Assembly: GCA_964236955.1 (NCBI GenBank) | Contig: CAXSGP010000030.1 | Coordinates: forward strand, 1-47,576 | Length of the DNA: 47,576 bases | Direction of reading: 5' to 3' | Source of the DNA: an uncultured Oligoflexus sp. | Lineage (GTDB): Bacteria; Bdellovibrionota_B; Oligoflexia; Oligoflexales; Oligoflexaceae | Position numbers and translations under genes: made by a program | Shown: positions 28,358 to 36,955 of the stretch, one piece after another | How the letters are laid out: each line of letters opens with the position of its first letter | Position numbering within the stretch: position 1 is the stretch's first letter | The notes under the pieces: model-generated | Told to the model about the DNA's origin: nothing | Databases searched by the model: none | What the model saw: only the letters and a program-made list of their open reading frames with translations

Positions 28358-28767
28358 AAAGCGAACTCATTTTCTTCTACGATGGAAGCTGTGGGTTTTG
28401 CGCAGCCTCTGTCCGTTTTCTTCATCGTATCGATCGAGCGGATCGGCTACGTTTCGCGCCTCTAGGTGGCATTACCTTCTTGGCTAATATCGACGTGAGG
28501 ACCGCCCGTCGCGTGACAAACTCCCAAGGAGAATGGCAAGGCGCGGTAGCTCTAGCAAAAAATGAGGTTTACCTAGGAGAAGAAGCTGTTTTGAAGGCAT
28601 TGAGCTATTGCTCTTGGCCTGGGCCTTTTTTAGGGAAGGCCTCACGCGTCGCACCGAAATGCCTTCGCGATGCGATTTATGAATTCATCGCAAAAAGACG
28701 CTTCAAGATAAAAAGATCGACCTGTCAGATCCCCGAATCTAGGCTCAGAGCGAAGCTTCTCGATTAA
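28354..28767 (+). CDS. DCC1-like (DUF393) thiol-disulfide oxidoreductase
   Basis: FFYDGSCGFC (DxxCxxC), LRFAPL, LRDAIYEFIAKRR; ATGA overlap with the M23 gene. Confidence 0.88.
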   Translation: MKSELIFFYDGSCGFCAASVRFLHRIDRADRLRFAPLGGITFLANIDVRTARRVTNSQGEWQGAVALAKNEVYLGEEAVLKALSYCSWPGPFLGKASRVAPKCLRDAIYEFIAKRRFKIKRSTCQIPESRLRAKLLD

Positions 28768-29156
28768 AGCCGGCCTTGCATCAAAGTCGATACCCATCGC
28801 TGTATCGTCACTTTGAAAATCAATTCACAGCCAGACGATGCTGCCGGCGATGGTTTGCCGCATCACGCTGCCATCCACAGGCCACTCGTCCTGACCTAAA
28901 TGGGGGAATGTAAGGTATCGGGCAGAGGGTTGAGTAGACCCATCGAGAAGAGCTACTAAGAGAGCTTATGCGGCAGGGTATGGTTGAAACGAGATCGGCA
29001 TGTCGGAGCTTGAATACCGGGAAGTCTTTAGATCGACCAGGGTTCAAGTGGATCCATTTTAGCTACCAATTAGGACGAGGCTAAGTTGCCTTGTCCTCAC
29101 CCGCAGTGAACGTGCGCATTAGTCCGGCAAATACCATGAACACTTATACTTTCCGC

Positions 29157-29723
29157 TTAAGCGGGAAGGGTTTGAGCCGTCCAGAGATTGCGCCCTGTGT
29201 GATAGGAATAGCGCTCTGGAATGCAGTTACCAATCTCGACCTTGGAAACCAAAGACGTGTATTTCTTTACGCTCCAATTGATGCCTAAATGCGCAACAAT
29301 TAAAACCGGGCCGGGATGGGACAGAGCTTTGGTCAAGCCTATATTGGCCCGCGCCATGAAGTCAGGGTAAGTCTCCGCGCCTTCAATTTCGAGACCGGTG
29401 AGCCATTCGTCGTACCAGGTGCCCTTGGCCAGACCCTCTTTGCTCCCCCAGTTGCATTCCGTCAGTTCAGGAATTTCAACCAAAGTGCTGCCTGGAATAT
29501 TTTCCTGGATAATGGAAGCCGTGCTTTTCGACCTCAAAAGAGGACTATGACAAATCGTCAAAATAGGCTCTTTACGAAGGGTGAGGGAAGCTTTAATGGC
29601 TTCTTTAATACCTTCACCGCTCAGGGGTATATCACTGCTACCCATGACACGTTTCTCTCGGTTCCAAGTCGTTTGACCGTGACGAATAAAATAGAAAGAA
29701 TCTTTGAAAGTCTGTGTAACCAT
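29157..29723 (-). CDS. Histidine phosphatase (phosphoglycerate mutase) family protein
   Basis: FIRHGQTTWN, DIPLS..G, SPLLRS..TA, LTECNWG..EG, AET, LIVAH. Confidence 0.9.
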   Translation of the reverse strand: MVTQTFKDSFYFIRHGQTTWNREKRVMGSSDIPLSGEGIKEAIKASLTLRKEPILTICHSPLLRSKSTASIIQENIPGSTLVEIPELTECNWGSKEGLAKGTWYDEWLTGLEIEGAETYPDFMARANIGLTKALSHPGPVLIVAHLGINWSVKKYTSLVSKVEIGNCIPERYSYHTGRNLWTAQTLPA

Positions 29724-29928
29724 GATTGCCCTTGCTTCGCTTGTTGCTGGAAAACTTCTGTCGCCAAAAGGTCTTTAGAGTCTAGCACAGCAGGAATTGC
29801 TTTGAGGGGAAAGTTCGCAAAAAGGGATGCGAGTATTGCTAAGCATATGCTTTATTGGATAAATTGCCTCGAAGAGCTTAGGCACTGATGATAGATTTTC
29901 ATTGAATTGCAAGCTTCAGGAAGGTGTC

Positions 29929-32004
29929 ATGTTCTCAGCATACCGAAGTCTCAAGCACCGGCTGCTTAATTTTGATCCTGGATACTCTAACCTGAGAAGT
30001 GCATTGCGGGGAACTTCCGCAGTCGTGGCTAGCTTTTTCTGTGTATCAGCGCTCGCTCACGCTCTCCATACTACCCCATCTTTAGCCTTCCTCGGCGTGC
30101 TTATGACTATGATGGCATCCATTGTTGTCAACGACAGCAAAAAAAGCGACCAAAAACTCACGACCTTTATCATTCCCGTTCCTACCATCCTGGCTGCCGT
30201 GGGCTCCGTGTCCCTTATGCCCTGGCCCTATGCTAGATTAGTTGGCTTTCTACTCCTCACCTTTGTTGCCGTATCGGTGAGGCGTTTTGGAAGTCGCTGG
30301 GTCGGCATTGGCGTCATCACTTTTATGGCCTATTTTTCCACTCTCTTTTTTCCCTTTCATCTCGAGGATCGATTCGCCATTGCCCTTGCCATCGTCATCG
30401 GCATAGCCATCGCTTATGTCGCACGCTTTTGGCTCTTGCCGGATCGTCCGCGACACGTTCTTCAGCTCCTCCTCAAAACCTTTGATTTAAGGCTCAACGC
30501 CACCCTCCACCAACTGGCCGAAGCGCTGCGCCCATCATCGGCTTTGCCCGCCTTGGCAAGAGGTGCTGAGCCGAGCAAAGGGTGGCGGGAAGTCCGTCAG
30601 GGTTTTATAAGGCTCAATGAACTTTGCATTGCCATCGACCAGTTTCTTGATACGAATGATTCGAAATCCATACGTTCCAAATCCGATGGGTTCCAGCTTA
30701 AACTCTTTGAACATGAAATGGCCCTCCGCCGACTATGGGAATATAGCTTTGAACTCCTTCACCTTGAGCAGCGCTCGCCAGCACTTTTTCAACTGGCGGC
30801 CGGCATGATCGATAGTCTGCGCCAGGGTCGAGGCCAGATCGCCTTAAAAGATGATGAATTCCTGCGGCGTTTGGACGAGATGAAACGTTTAAACCCAGAG
30901 CCCGCGGTTGCAAATTTTGCAGTGGCTTTTAAAACCGTGCGAAAGACCTTGGCGACGCAGGACTTCACTTTGGGCGACATCGCCACTGTCGTCGATGATC
31001 TTAACGATAAAAGCACCCGGACGATGATGGAGCCCCTGATTTCCTCCAAAAGAAAATCTTTGCACATGAGCACGCGCCAGGCGATTCAAGCCACCACAGC
31101 GACGGCGCTTGCCTCACTGCTTGGAACCACAGTCTCACCGCTGCGATGGTATTGGGCATCGGTAGCGGCCTTTATGGTTTTTATTGGGGCCTCGCGCGGC
31201 GAGACGATGATGCGAGCCGTACTTCGAATCGTTGGCACCGTGCTTGGGCTGGTGCTTGGCTTTTCGTTAGCTTATTTTTTCTCCGGGCGGACGCCACTCG
31301 AATGGACCTTTATCATAGCCTGTGTATTCTTCGGCATTTATGGCTCAAAACTAACTTTTGGCTTTTGGACGGCAGGTCTTTTTAGCTCTATGTTTGCCCT
31401 GCTCTATGACATCCTTGGTCTGCTCACGAAAGCGATTCTTTATTTGCGCCTTGAAGAAACTTTGATTGGCGCGTTTATTGGTGTCATGGTAGCTGCCATT
31501 GTCCTGCCCACTTCCACTCATACTCTGGTGCGGACCAGTCTCGCCACCTTCCTTCGAACTCTCGGTGCCATCGTTCGAACGCTTCCCTCTGAACTTCCCA
31601 ATCCTTTCGCAAGGCGCGCGCTTATCCGCAAGCTTCGAGCCATGGACCGCGAGCTTATAGACGTGCGACTGGCTGCAGCGCCTATTTTAGGTCGTGGTTC
31701 GCTTATGCGCCATGGGGAGCTTCCGGGTGCCTTGCATGATGCAACCATGCTCGCGCACTATGTGCGACACCTCGGAATCAATGTCGATCCGCGGTCTGAA
31801 ATGTCTAAAGCCGAATTCGATCACGCCTGTCAGGACCTTGCGACAAGTCTGCAAAAAGAAGCCGATGCCATCGAAACCAAAAATCAGGGCGTAAGCGAGA
31901 TCCTGCCTTGGAGTGGAACCCCCTCACGTAATATGTCCGGCCCTAGGCATTCGTTGGAAAGAATAAAAGTGGCCCTTGCCAGCCTCGCGTCACGCAAGTT
32001 GTGA
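29929..32004 (+). CDS. FUSC/YccS-like membrane transporter
   Basis: Two TM bundles; DPG...LR.A.R start; STRQAIQ, RWYWA, RIVGTVLG, RLEETLIGA, IVLP. Confidence 0.85.
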   Translation: MFSAYRSLKHRLLNFDPGYSNLRSALRGTSAVVASFFCVSALAHALHTTPSLAFLGVLMTMMASIVVNDSKKSDQKLTTFIIPVPTILAAVGSVSLMPWPYARLVGFLLLTFVAVSVRRFGSRWVGIGVITFMAYFSTLFFPFHLEDRFAIALAIVIGIAIAYVARFWLLPDRPRHVLQLLLKTFDLRLNATLHQLAEALRPSSALPALARGAEPSKGWREVRQGFIRLNELCIAIDQFLDTNDSKSIRSKSDGFQLKLFEHEMALRRLWEYSFELLHLEQRSPALFQLAAGMIDSLRQGRGQIALKDDEFLRRLDEMKRLNPEPAVANFAVAFKTVRKTLATQDFTLGDIATVVDDLNDKSTRTMMEPLISSKRKSLHMSTRQAIQATTATALASLLGTTVSPLRWYWASVAAFMVFIGASRGETMMRAVLRIVGTVLGLVLGFSLAYFFSGRTPLEWTFIIACVFFGIYGSKLTFGFWTAGLFSSMFALLYDILGLLTKAILYLRLEETLIGAFIGVMVAAIVLPTSTHTLVRTSLATFLRTLGAIVRTLPSELPNPFARRALIRKLRAMDRELIDVRLAAAPILGRGSLMRHGELPGALHDATMLAHYVRHLGINVDPRSEMSKAEFDHACQDLATSLQKEADAIETKNQGVSEILPWSGTPSRNMSGPRHSLERIKVALASLASRKL

Positions 32005-32199
32005 GGGGGGCTGGGAGTTTCAGCGATCATCACTTCTTACCTCCTCACCCTCCCGGGATCGGCTCCTTGCCTACTCAAGAGTCCGAATCTCCCGGAGGTC
32101 AGCTCGAATCCGACCTTGGCTTGGTTTCCGTACCGGCCCTTTTTCAATTGCGATGCTGTCAGGACATTTCCCAGCAGCGCACCCTTTTTCACCAGAGGC

Positions 32200-34494
32200 T
32201 CAGATATCCCAAAGGAAAGCCTCGATCGCTTCCCGCTGTTCTTTGGTCAAGGTCTGGTATTTCTGATTAACACTTAAGGCCTCACCACCGTGCCATAAGA
32301 CAGCTTCCTGTATACTCTCAGCGCGGCCGTCGTGAAGGAGTTGAATGCGGTTTCTGGCCGCTTCCTTAAGGGTATCGGTCCATAGAATGTTGATATCGCC
32401 GGGCGGGAAAAGGTCGCTGTGGTTTTCATTCGCAGCTCGAACGTTCTTCAATCCCCACAGCGGGGCGGTCCGCCATTTCCTGGCATTAGCCTTGCCGCTT
32501 TCATCCGCCAGGCCTGGTCCAAGATCATGAAGCAGAAGATCGGTAAAGGGCTGTATCGTCTGGTAGGAAAGCTCCTTGAATTTCGATTCGCCCGTGGTCA
32601 GGGTGGGAACGTGACAGTTCGCGCAGCCTATGCTTCGGAACAAGGCTTCGCCCTGCTTAACCTTGGGATCGATAGGATTGGTACGCGGCGGTACTCCAAG
32701 GAGGGAAATATAAGTTTCAATGTCTTCCATGGTTTTTATCGGCAATTGCAATTTGCCCGCTGTGCAATTGTTGAAACAATCGATCTGCGGAAACAGATCA
32801 TTTCTCACCCCTAAATCGTTACGCATCGCCGCAGCGATTTGGTCGATGAGTTTGGGTTGGTCCGCTTTCCAACCAAAGCGAGCGACTTTGCCATTGACCA
32901 TGGACACTTCGCCCCCCTGCCTGCCGACCAGCGATTGAATCGTTGCATCGGGAATATTATTTAAAAGACCGACTCCTGTCATGGCAAGTGGCCTTCGAAT
33001 CGACATTCCCAAATTTGCCTTATTAAGCTTGGAATCAATACTAAAAATATTCTTCTTTAAAATGACTTCCGTACCATCGGCAAGCACGACCGGGGTTTTT
33101 TCAACATTCACCACAGTAAGGGTGCCTTCTGCGGAAGCACCGGCAACCTGCAATTGATTGCCAAAGACTTTGCTTTCGGTGCCGGTCGACTTATCGCTGG
33201 TCTTGACGAGCGTATGGAAAATAGCTTGTCCCGGCGCGGGAAGAAGATGCTGACCATTGTTATAATGGCAAGTGTTGCAACTGTGCACATTAAATGCAGA
33301 CGACGCCATGCCTTTACGCTTGTCGATATCTTCACGAAAGAAAACGGAAGGCTTGTCATCGGCCTCGTCGCCCTTATGAATTCCCTCTACCATATCGGTA
33401 TGAAACCAGGTCCGACCTTCAAGAAAGGTTTGCGAATCGGTCGCCAAGAGGTTCACGGACTGCTGCTGCAGGGCTCGCCAGGGTTCAACCTTAGTGGTTG
33501 GAGTCGTCAGCCAACCACCGCTTTGCCGCAATGGGGTCGGCACGATCGAGGGGTTTTTGAGATCGTCGATGTAGAGGCCCACCTCACCGACCTTGATTCG
33601 AAAGAATTCGGAATAATAGGCCGAGAGGTTGTGAGGATTCGCCTCTTTCTGCTTGATCCAATCGGGATTCGATTCATCTAAAAAGAATCGGAACTCAAAG
33701 ATCAGCAGATCACCTTTCTTCAGGTGATCGGCATTGACCTTAAACGCATCCTCATTGATCTCAGCAGTAAAATTCTTAAATTCAGAGATATGGGTCATGC
33801 GCGTGTTCAATGCAAATTTACTCCGGGTCGTCTCGGATTCAGCCAGAGGATCACCCTTATAAATAGCCGAAAAGTCAGGACCGCGCGTGGGGATATAGTT
33901 TTGTGGCCATTCGGTCCTGAGGAAAAATTTTATGAGGTTTTGGCCCTTAGGAGTATAGTCCTCAACACGAAAAAATGACTCCCGACCTTGCCAATAGAAG
34001 GGATTGAATTTTGCGAAGTCCATATCATTTTCATGGCGCCGGCGCGGACGGATAACGCCTTCCGTATAAATCACAGCGTCAACAATCTTGGAGTTGACGA
34101 TAGGCCCAAGGTCATTATAGGAAGTGATCGGCTTTTCCACGAAGGTACTTACCGTATGACCAGGGCCTGTTCCCAGGGTACCACCTGCCGGGGTTGAGGC
34201 TGGATTGGGAGTGGAATGAGGCCCTGAAACAGGAGCCGTAGGATTCTGCACGGCTCCATTGCCTGAGCCGCTTTTATTCGGCGTCGAAGGATGGACGACG
34301 CCATCGGTTCCGGCTTCGCCTTCCCCCCCGGTAACGCCTGAGTCTTCGCCAGGATCAACACCGAAACCTTGAGGAAGGTTTTCCTTGCCGCCACTCTTAG
34401 TCTTGTTAAATGTGACTAGTCTCTCAGGGCTTTTGTAAACCATGCAGGCCGTTAAGCTCAAGGCAAATATCAGAATAAGCTTGAACGGCATCAT
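32200..34494 (-). CDS. Di-heme oxidoreductase (DHOR/DUF1111-type) lipoprotein with an N-terminal extension
   Basis: Lipobox LTAC; CNTCH and CANCH; GVGLL..IPD, RFGWKA, LGVPPR, GEALF..IGC, PFTDLLLHDLG..LAD, WRTAPLWG, LLHDGRA...EAVLWHGGEA. Confidence 0.9.
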   Translation of the reverse strand: MMPFKLILIFALSLTACMVYKSPERLVTFNKTKSGGKENLPQGFGVDPGEDSGVTGGEGEAGTDGVVHPSTPNKSGSGNGAVQNPTAPVSGPHSTPNPASTPAGGTLGTGPGHTVSTFVEKPITSYNDLGPIVNSKIVDAVIYTEGVIRPRRRHENDMDFAKFNPFYWQGRESFFRVEDYTPKGQNLIKFFLRTEWPQNYIPTRGPDFSAIYKGDPLAESETTRSKFALNTRMTHISEFKNFTAEINEDAFKVNADHLKKGDLLIFEFRFFLDESNPDWIKQKEANPHNLSAYYSEFFRIKVGEVGLYIDDLKNPSIVPTPLRQSGGWLTTPTTKVEPWRALQQQSVNLLATDSQTFLEGRTWFHTDMVEGIHKGDEADDKPSVFFREDIDKRKGMASSAFNVHSCNTCHYNNGQHLLPAPGQAIFHTLVKTSDKSTGTESKVFGNQLQVAGASAEGTLTVVNVEKTPVVLADGTEVILKKNIFSIDSKLNKANLGMSIRRPLAMTGVGLLNNIPDATIQSLVGRQGGEVSMVNGKVARFGWKADQPKLIDQIAAAMRNDLGVRNDLFPQIDCFNNCTAGKLQLPIKTMEDIETYISLLGVPPRTNPIDPKVKQGEALFRSIGCANCHVPTLTTGESKFKELSYQTIQPFTDLLLHDLGPGLADESGKANARKWRTAPLWGLKNVRAANENHSDLFPPGDINILWTDTLKEAARNRIQLLHDGRAESIQEAVLWHGGEALSVNQKYQTLTKEQREAIEAFLWDI

Positions 34495-34762
34495 CAAGTC
34501 CCCTTCTATCAAAAACCTCAATCCCAAGAATCGATAGTCGTCCAAGGGCCCGCCTGCTTTTCGGCGCAGTCAGGACACTTCTTTAGAGGATTTTTAATAG
34601 GCGTGAGAAAACGCCCTTATTTCAACGGTATGCATTTAAATGCCCCTGGTAGGACTTGAGTATTTGCGAGGCCAAACGATAAGGTCCTCGCCGAACATCT
34701 CAGTTTAGAAGCCAAGGGCCTCTTGGCTGTTTTTGCGCAACGAACCGCAGCCGGGCACGAGT

Positions 34763-34801
34763 GAAAAAAGGAGGAGTTTAGCGTCGCGGCTAAACTTCTC
34801 C
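34763..34801 (-). terminator. Intrinsic terminator of the second PA14 gene
   Basis: Minus strand GGAGAAGTTTAGC-loop-GCTAAACTCCTCC followed by T6. Confidence 0.7.
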
Positions 34802-34832
34802 CATAAATTAGAGACGAAAAATGTCGTGACGC

Positions 34833-35576
34833 TTATTCGGGAAGGAAAGCAGTTGTTGGCACCAAAACAAATTCTTCGGTGCCAGGTAGCTTCCAGAAGA
34901 GCTGAAGACCGAGATTAAATCGAGGGCCCTGATACCAGTCGACGGTAAGGGCATGGTTTCCGGCGGTAAGTTGCACCGCACCTTCTTTAGTGAGGAAGGC
35001 ATGGTTACCATTGTTATCGATTATCTTCGCAGTGTCGATATATAGGATCGAGCCATCATCCGATGAGATGCGGAACTGATAGTTGCCATCGGTCGGTACA
35101 ACCAGCTGGGCCCGGGAATTGAGTGCAAACCATTCCACAAGCTGATTGGCTCCGGGAAAACCAATATCCCAAGACTGATTTTCGATGTTGTAATTACTCA
35201 AACATACCGTATCACTCTTGGGTCCGATCGTCGTGAAATCAGGCAGAGCCGACGTACCAACCGCTAACTCGTAGACATCGGCAACTATGGGCAGATTGCT
35301 AGTTCCCACCGCACAGCCTGTGAAGATGTCATCGTTGGAGGAGGAATAAACTTCAGGTTCCACAGGGGCGGAAGGTGGAGCCACCACTGCATCTGGGTTA
35401 ACGGGTGTATCGACATTAGCAACCGGAGGAGCCACCGATTCTTCCGGAGGAACCTCAGCAACAGACTCTTGATCCGCCGCCGCCAATTTTTTGGAAGCCG
35501 CAGAGCCCTTGAATTCCGTTTTTGAACAGGCAGACAAAAGGCCAAGCACGATCATTCCACTTTTTAATAGTCTCAT
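34833..35576 (-). CDS. PA14-domain lipoprotein, paralog of 20426..21604
   Basis: Lipobox LSAC; Pro/Val/Glu linker; GNYQFRISSDDGSILYID..IIDNNGNH, WYQGP, LQLFWKLP. Confidence 0.85.
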   Translation of the reverse strand: MRLLKSGMIVLGLLSACSKTEFKGSAASKKLAAADQESVAEVPPEESVAPPVANVDTPVNPDAVVAPPSAPVEPEVYSSSNDDIFTGCAVGTSNLPIVADVYELAVGTSALPDFTTIGPKSDTVCLSNYNIENQSWDIGFPGANQLVEWFALNSRAQLVVPTDGNYQFRISSDDGSILYIDTAKIIDNNGNHAFLTKEGAVQLTAGNHALTVDWYQGPRFNLGLQLFWKLPGTEEFVLVPTTAFLPE

Positions 35577-35800
35577 AGGCAGCACCCCCATGCTTACGCC
35601 GATATCCTCACATTACCTTTCGACCCTTTGGTCCAGGAACCTGAAGGAATTAACTAAACGCATGAAATTACAACTGAATAGCCTGTCATTTATCAAAGTT
35701 TAAAACCTGTTCCTTGCTCAGTCACGTTTTCCATGAAAAGGCGCAAAAGAAGCCGCCGCCGCTTGCCTAGTCGGAACTCCGCCTTCCGCTGACTCATGGG

Positions 35801-36841
35801 CTAAAACTGATAACGATAGGTCGCGCCTTCTTCGGGTATTAGAAATCTATCCTCAGTTTTCAGCTGGCTATAGCGAGGATCTTTCATTTGCCTGCGCAAT
35901 TCGATAGCGGGAGCATCGATGCCTTCGTCGGTCAACTGCCAGCACCCAAAATGCATCGCCAGCGCCGCTTTCGCCTTAAGATCGACAAAGGCCTTCAGCG
36001 AATCATCGGGATTCATATGAGCGTATTTCATAAACCACCTGGGTTCGTAAGCGCCTATGGGTAAAAGGGCGAGGGCGATGTTCGGGAATCGATCGGCAGC
36101 ATAACGAAAATGCGGGCCATAGCCCGTGTCTCCCGCGATATAGAGGGCCTGACCTTTATACTCGATAAGAAACGCTCCCCAGAGGCTTTTGTTGGTATCG
36201 TTGACGGATCGTGACGACCAATGCTGAGCCGGGGCAAAATGAATTTTTACTTCCTGGGTGAGTTCCACCGTCTGCCACCAGTCGAGCTCTTCAACTTTGA
36301 CGACCTGCTCATCGGTGAGCCAATCCTTATCTCCAAGTGGGACAAATACCTTGGGTTGATCCCGAGCACTGAGCTTTTTTAAAGTGGGAAGGTCGAGATG
36401 ATCGTAGTGATTGTGAGACACGAGAACGGCATCGATCTTTGGAAGGGAATCAAAAGCAATCCCAGGTTCCCTTACCCTTTTAGGCCCGATCCATTGCCAA
36501 GGACTCGTCCTTTCCGACCAGACGGGATCGGTCAGTATATTGAGTCCACCGATGGTAATGAGGAAGGAGGCATGATTAACAAACGTCACCGCGACATTGC
36601 CTTGCGCGTAAGGGGCAGGTATGAGCGGATTTGGATTATTCGCCACCGACTTGGGCCACTTCGCAGGAGTTTCCTTCAACTTCCACTTCAGAACGTCAAC
36701 CAAGGACTTTTGCTGACGCTCCCAGGGATTAAAAAACTCACGGCCATCGTAATGATCACTTATCGGACCCTTATAACTGCAACTGGAACCTAGGCCCAAT
36801 GCTCCGACGAGGCCAATGCCAACCTTGATTTTTCTTGACAT
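35801..36841 (-). CDS. MBL-fold hydrolase, NAPE-PLD/RomA-like, probable lipoprotein
   Basis: SDHYDG..FFNP, FVNHAS, LTDPVWS, VSHNHYDHLD, PAQHWS, AGDTGY, LPIGAYEPRWFM..HMNP, MHFG. Confidence 0.9.
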   Translation of the reverse strand: MSRKIKVGIGLVGALGLGSSCSYKGPISDHYDGREFFNPWERQQKSLVDVLKWKLKETPAKWPKSVANNPNPLIPAPYAQGNVAVTFVNHASFLITIGGLNILTDPVWSERTSPWQWIGPKRVREPGIAFDSLPKIDAVLVSHNHYDHLDLPTLKKLSARDQPKVFVPLGDKDWLTDEQVVKVEELDWWQTVELTQEVKIHFAPAQHWSSRSVNDTNKSLWGAFLIEYKGQALYIAGDTGYGPHFRYAADRFPNIALALLPIGAYEPRWFMKYAHMNPDDSLKAFVDLKAKAALAMHFGCWQLTDEGIDAPAIELRRQMKDPRYSQLKTEDRFLIPEEGATYRYQF

Positions 36842-36955
36842 CAATGTTTCCTACCAAAAGGGGATAAAGTGAGCGATGACCCAGGTCACCATCCCTCTCT
36901 TAGACAAACATGGATCGGCCGCAAAATATACACTTTGATGCCGACAAAGAGTGAA

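Noticed and set aside
28941..29030. Frame reading HREELLRELMRQGMVETRSACRSL, faintly like an IS3-family OrfB N-terminus
   Set aside because: Too short and degenerate; no terminal repeat or further transposase sequence visible.
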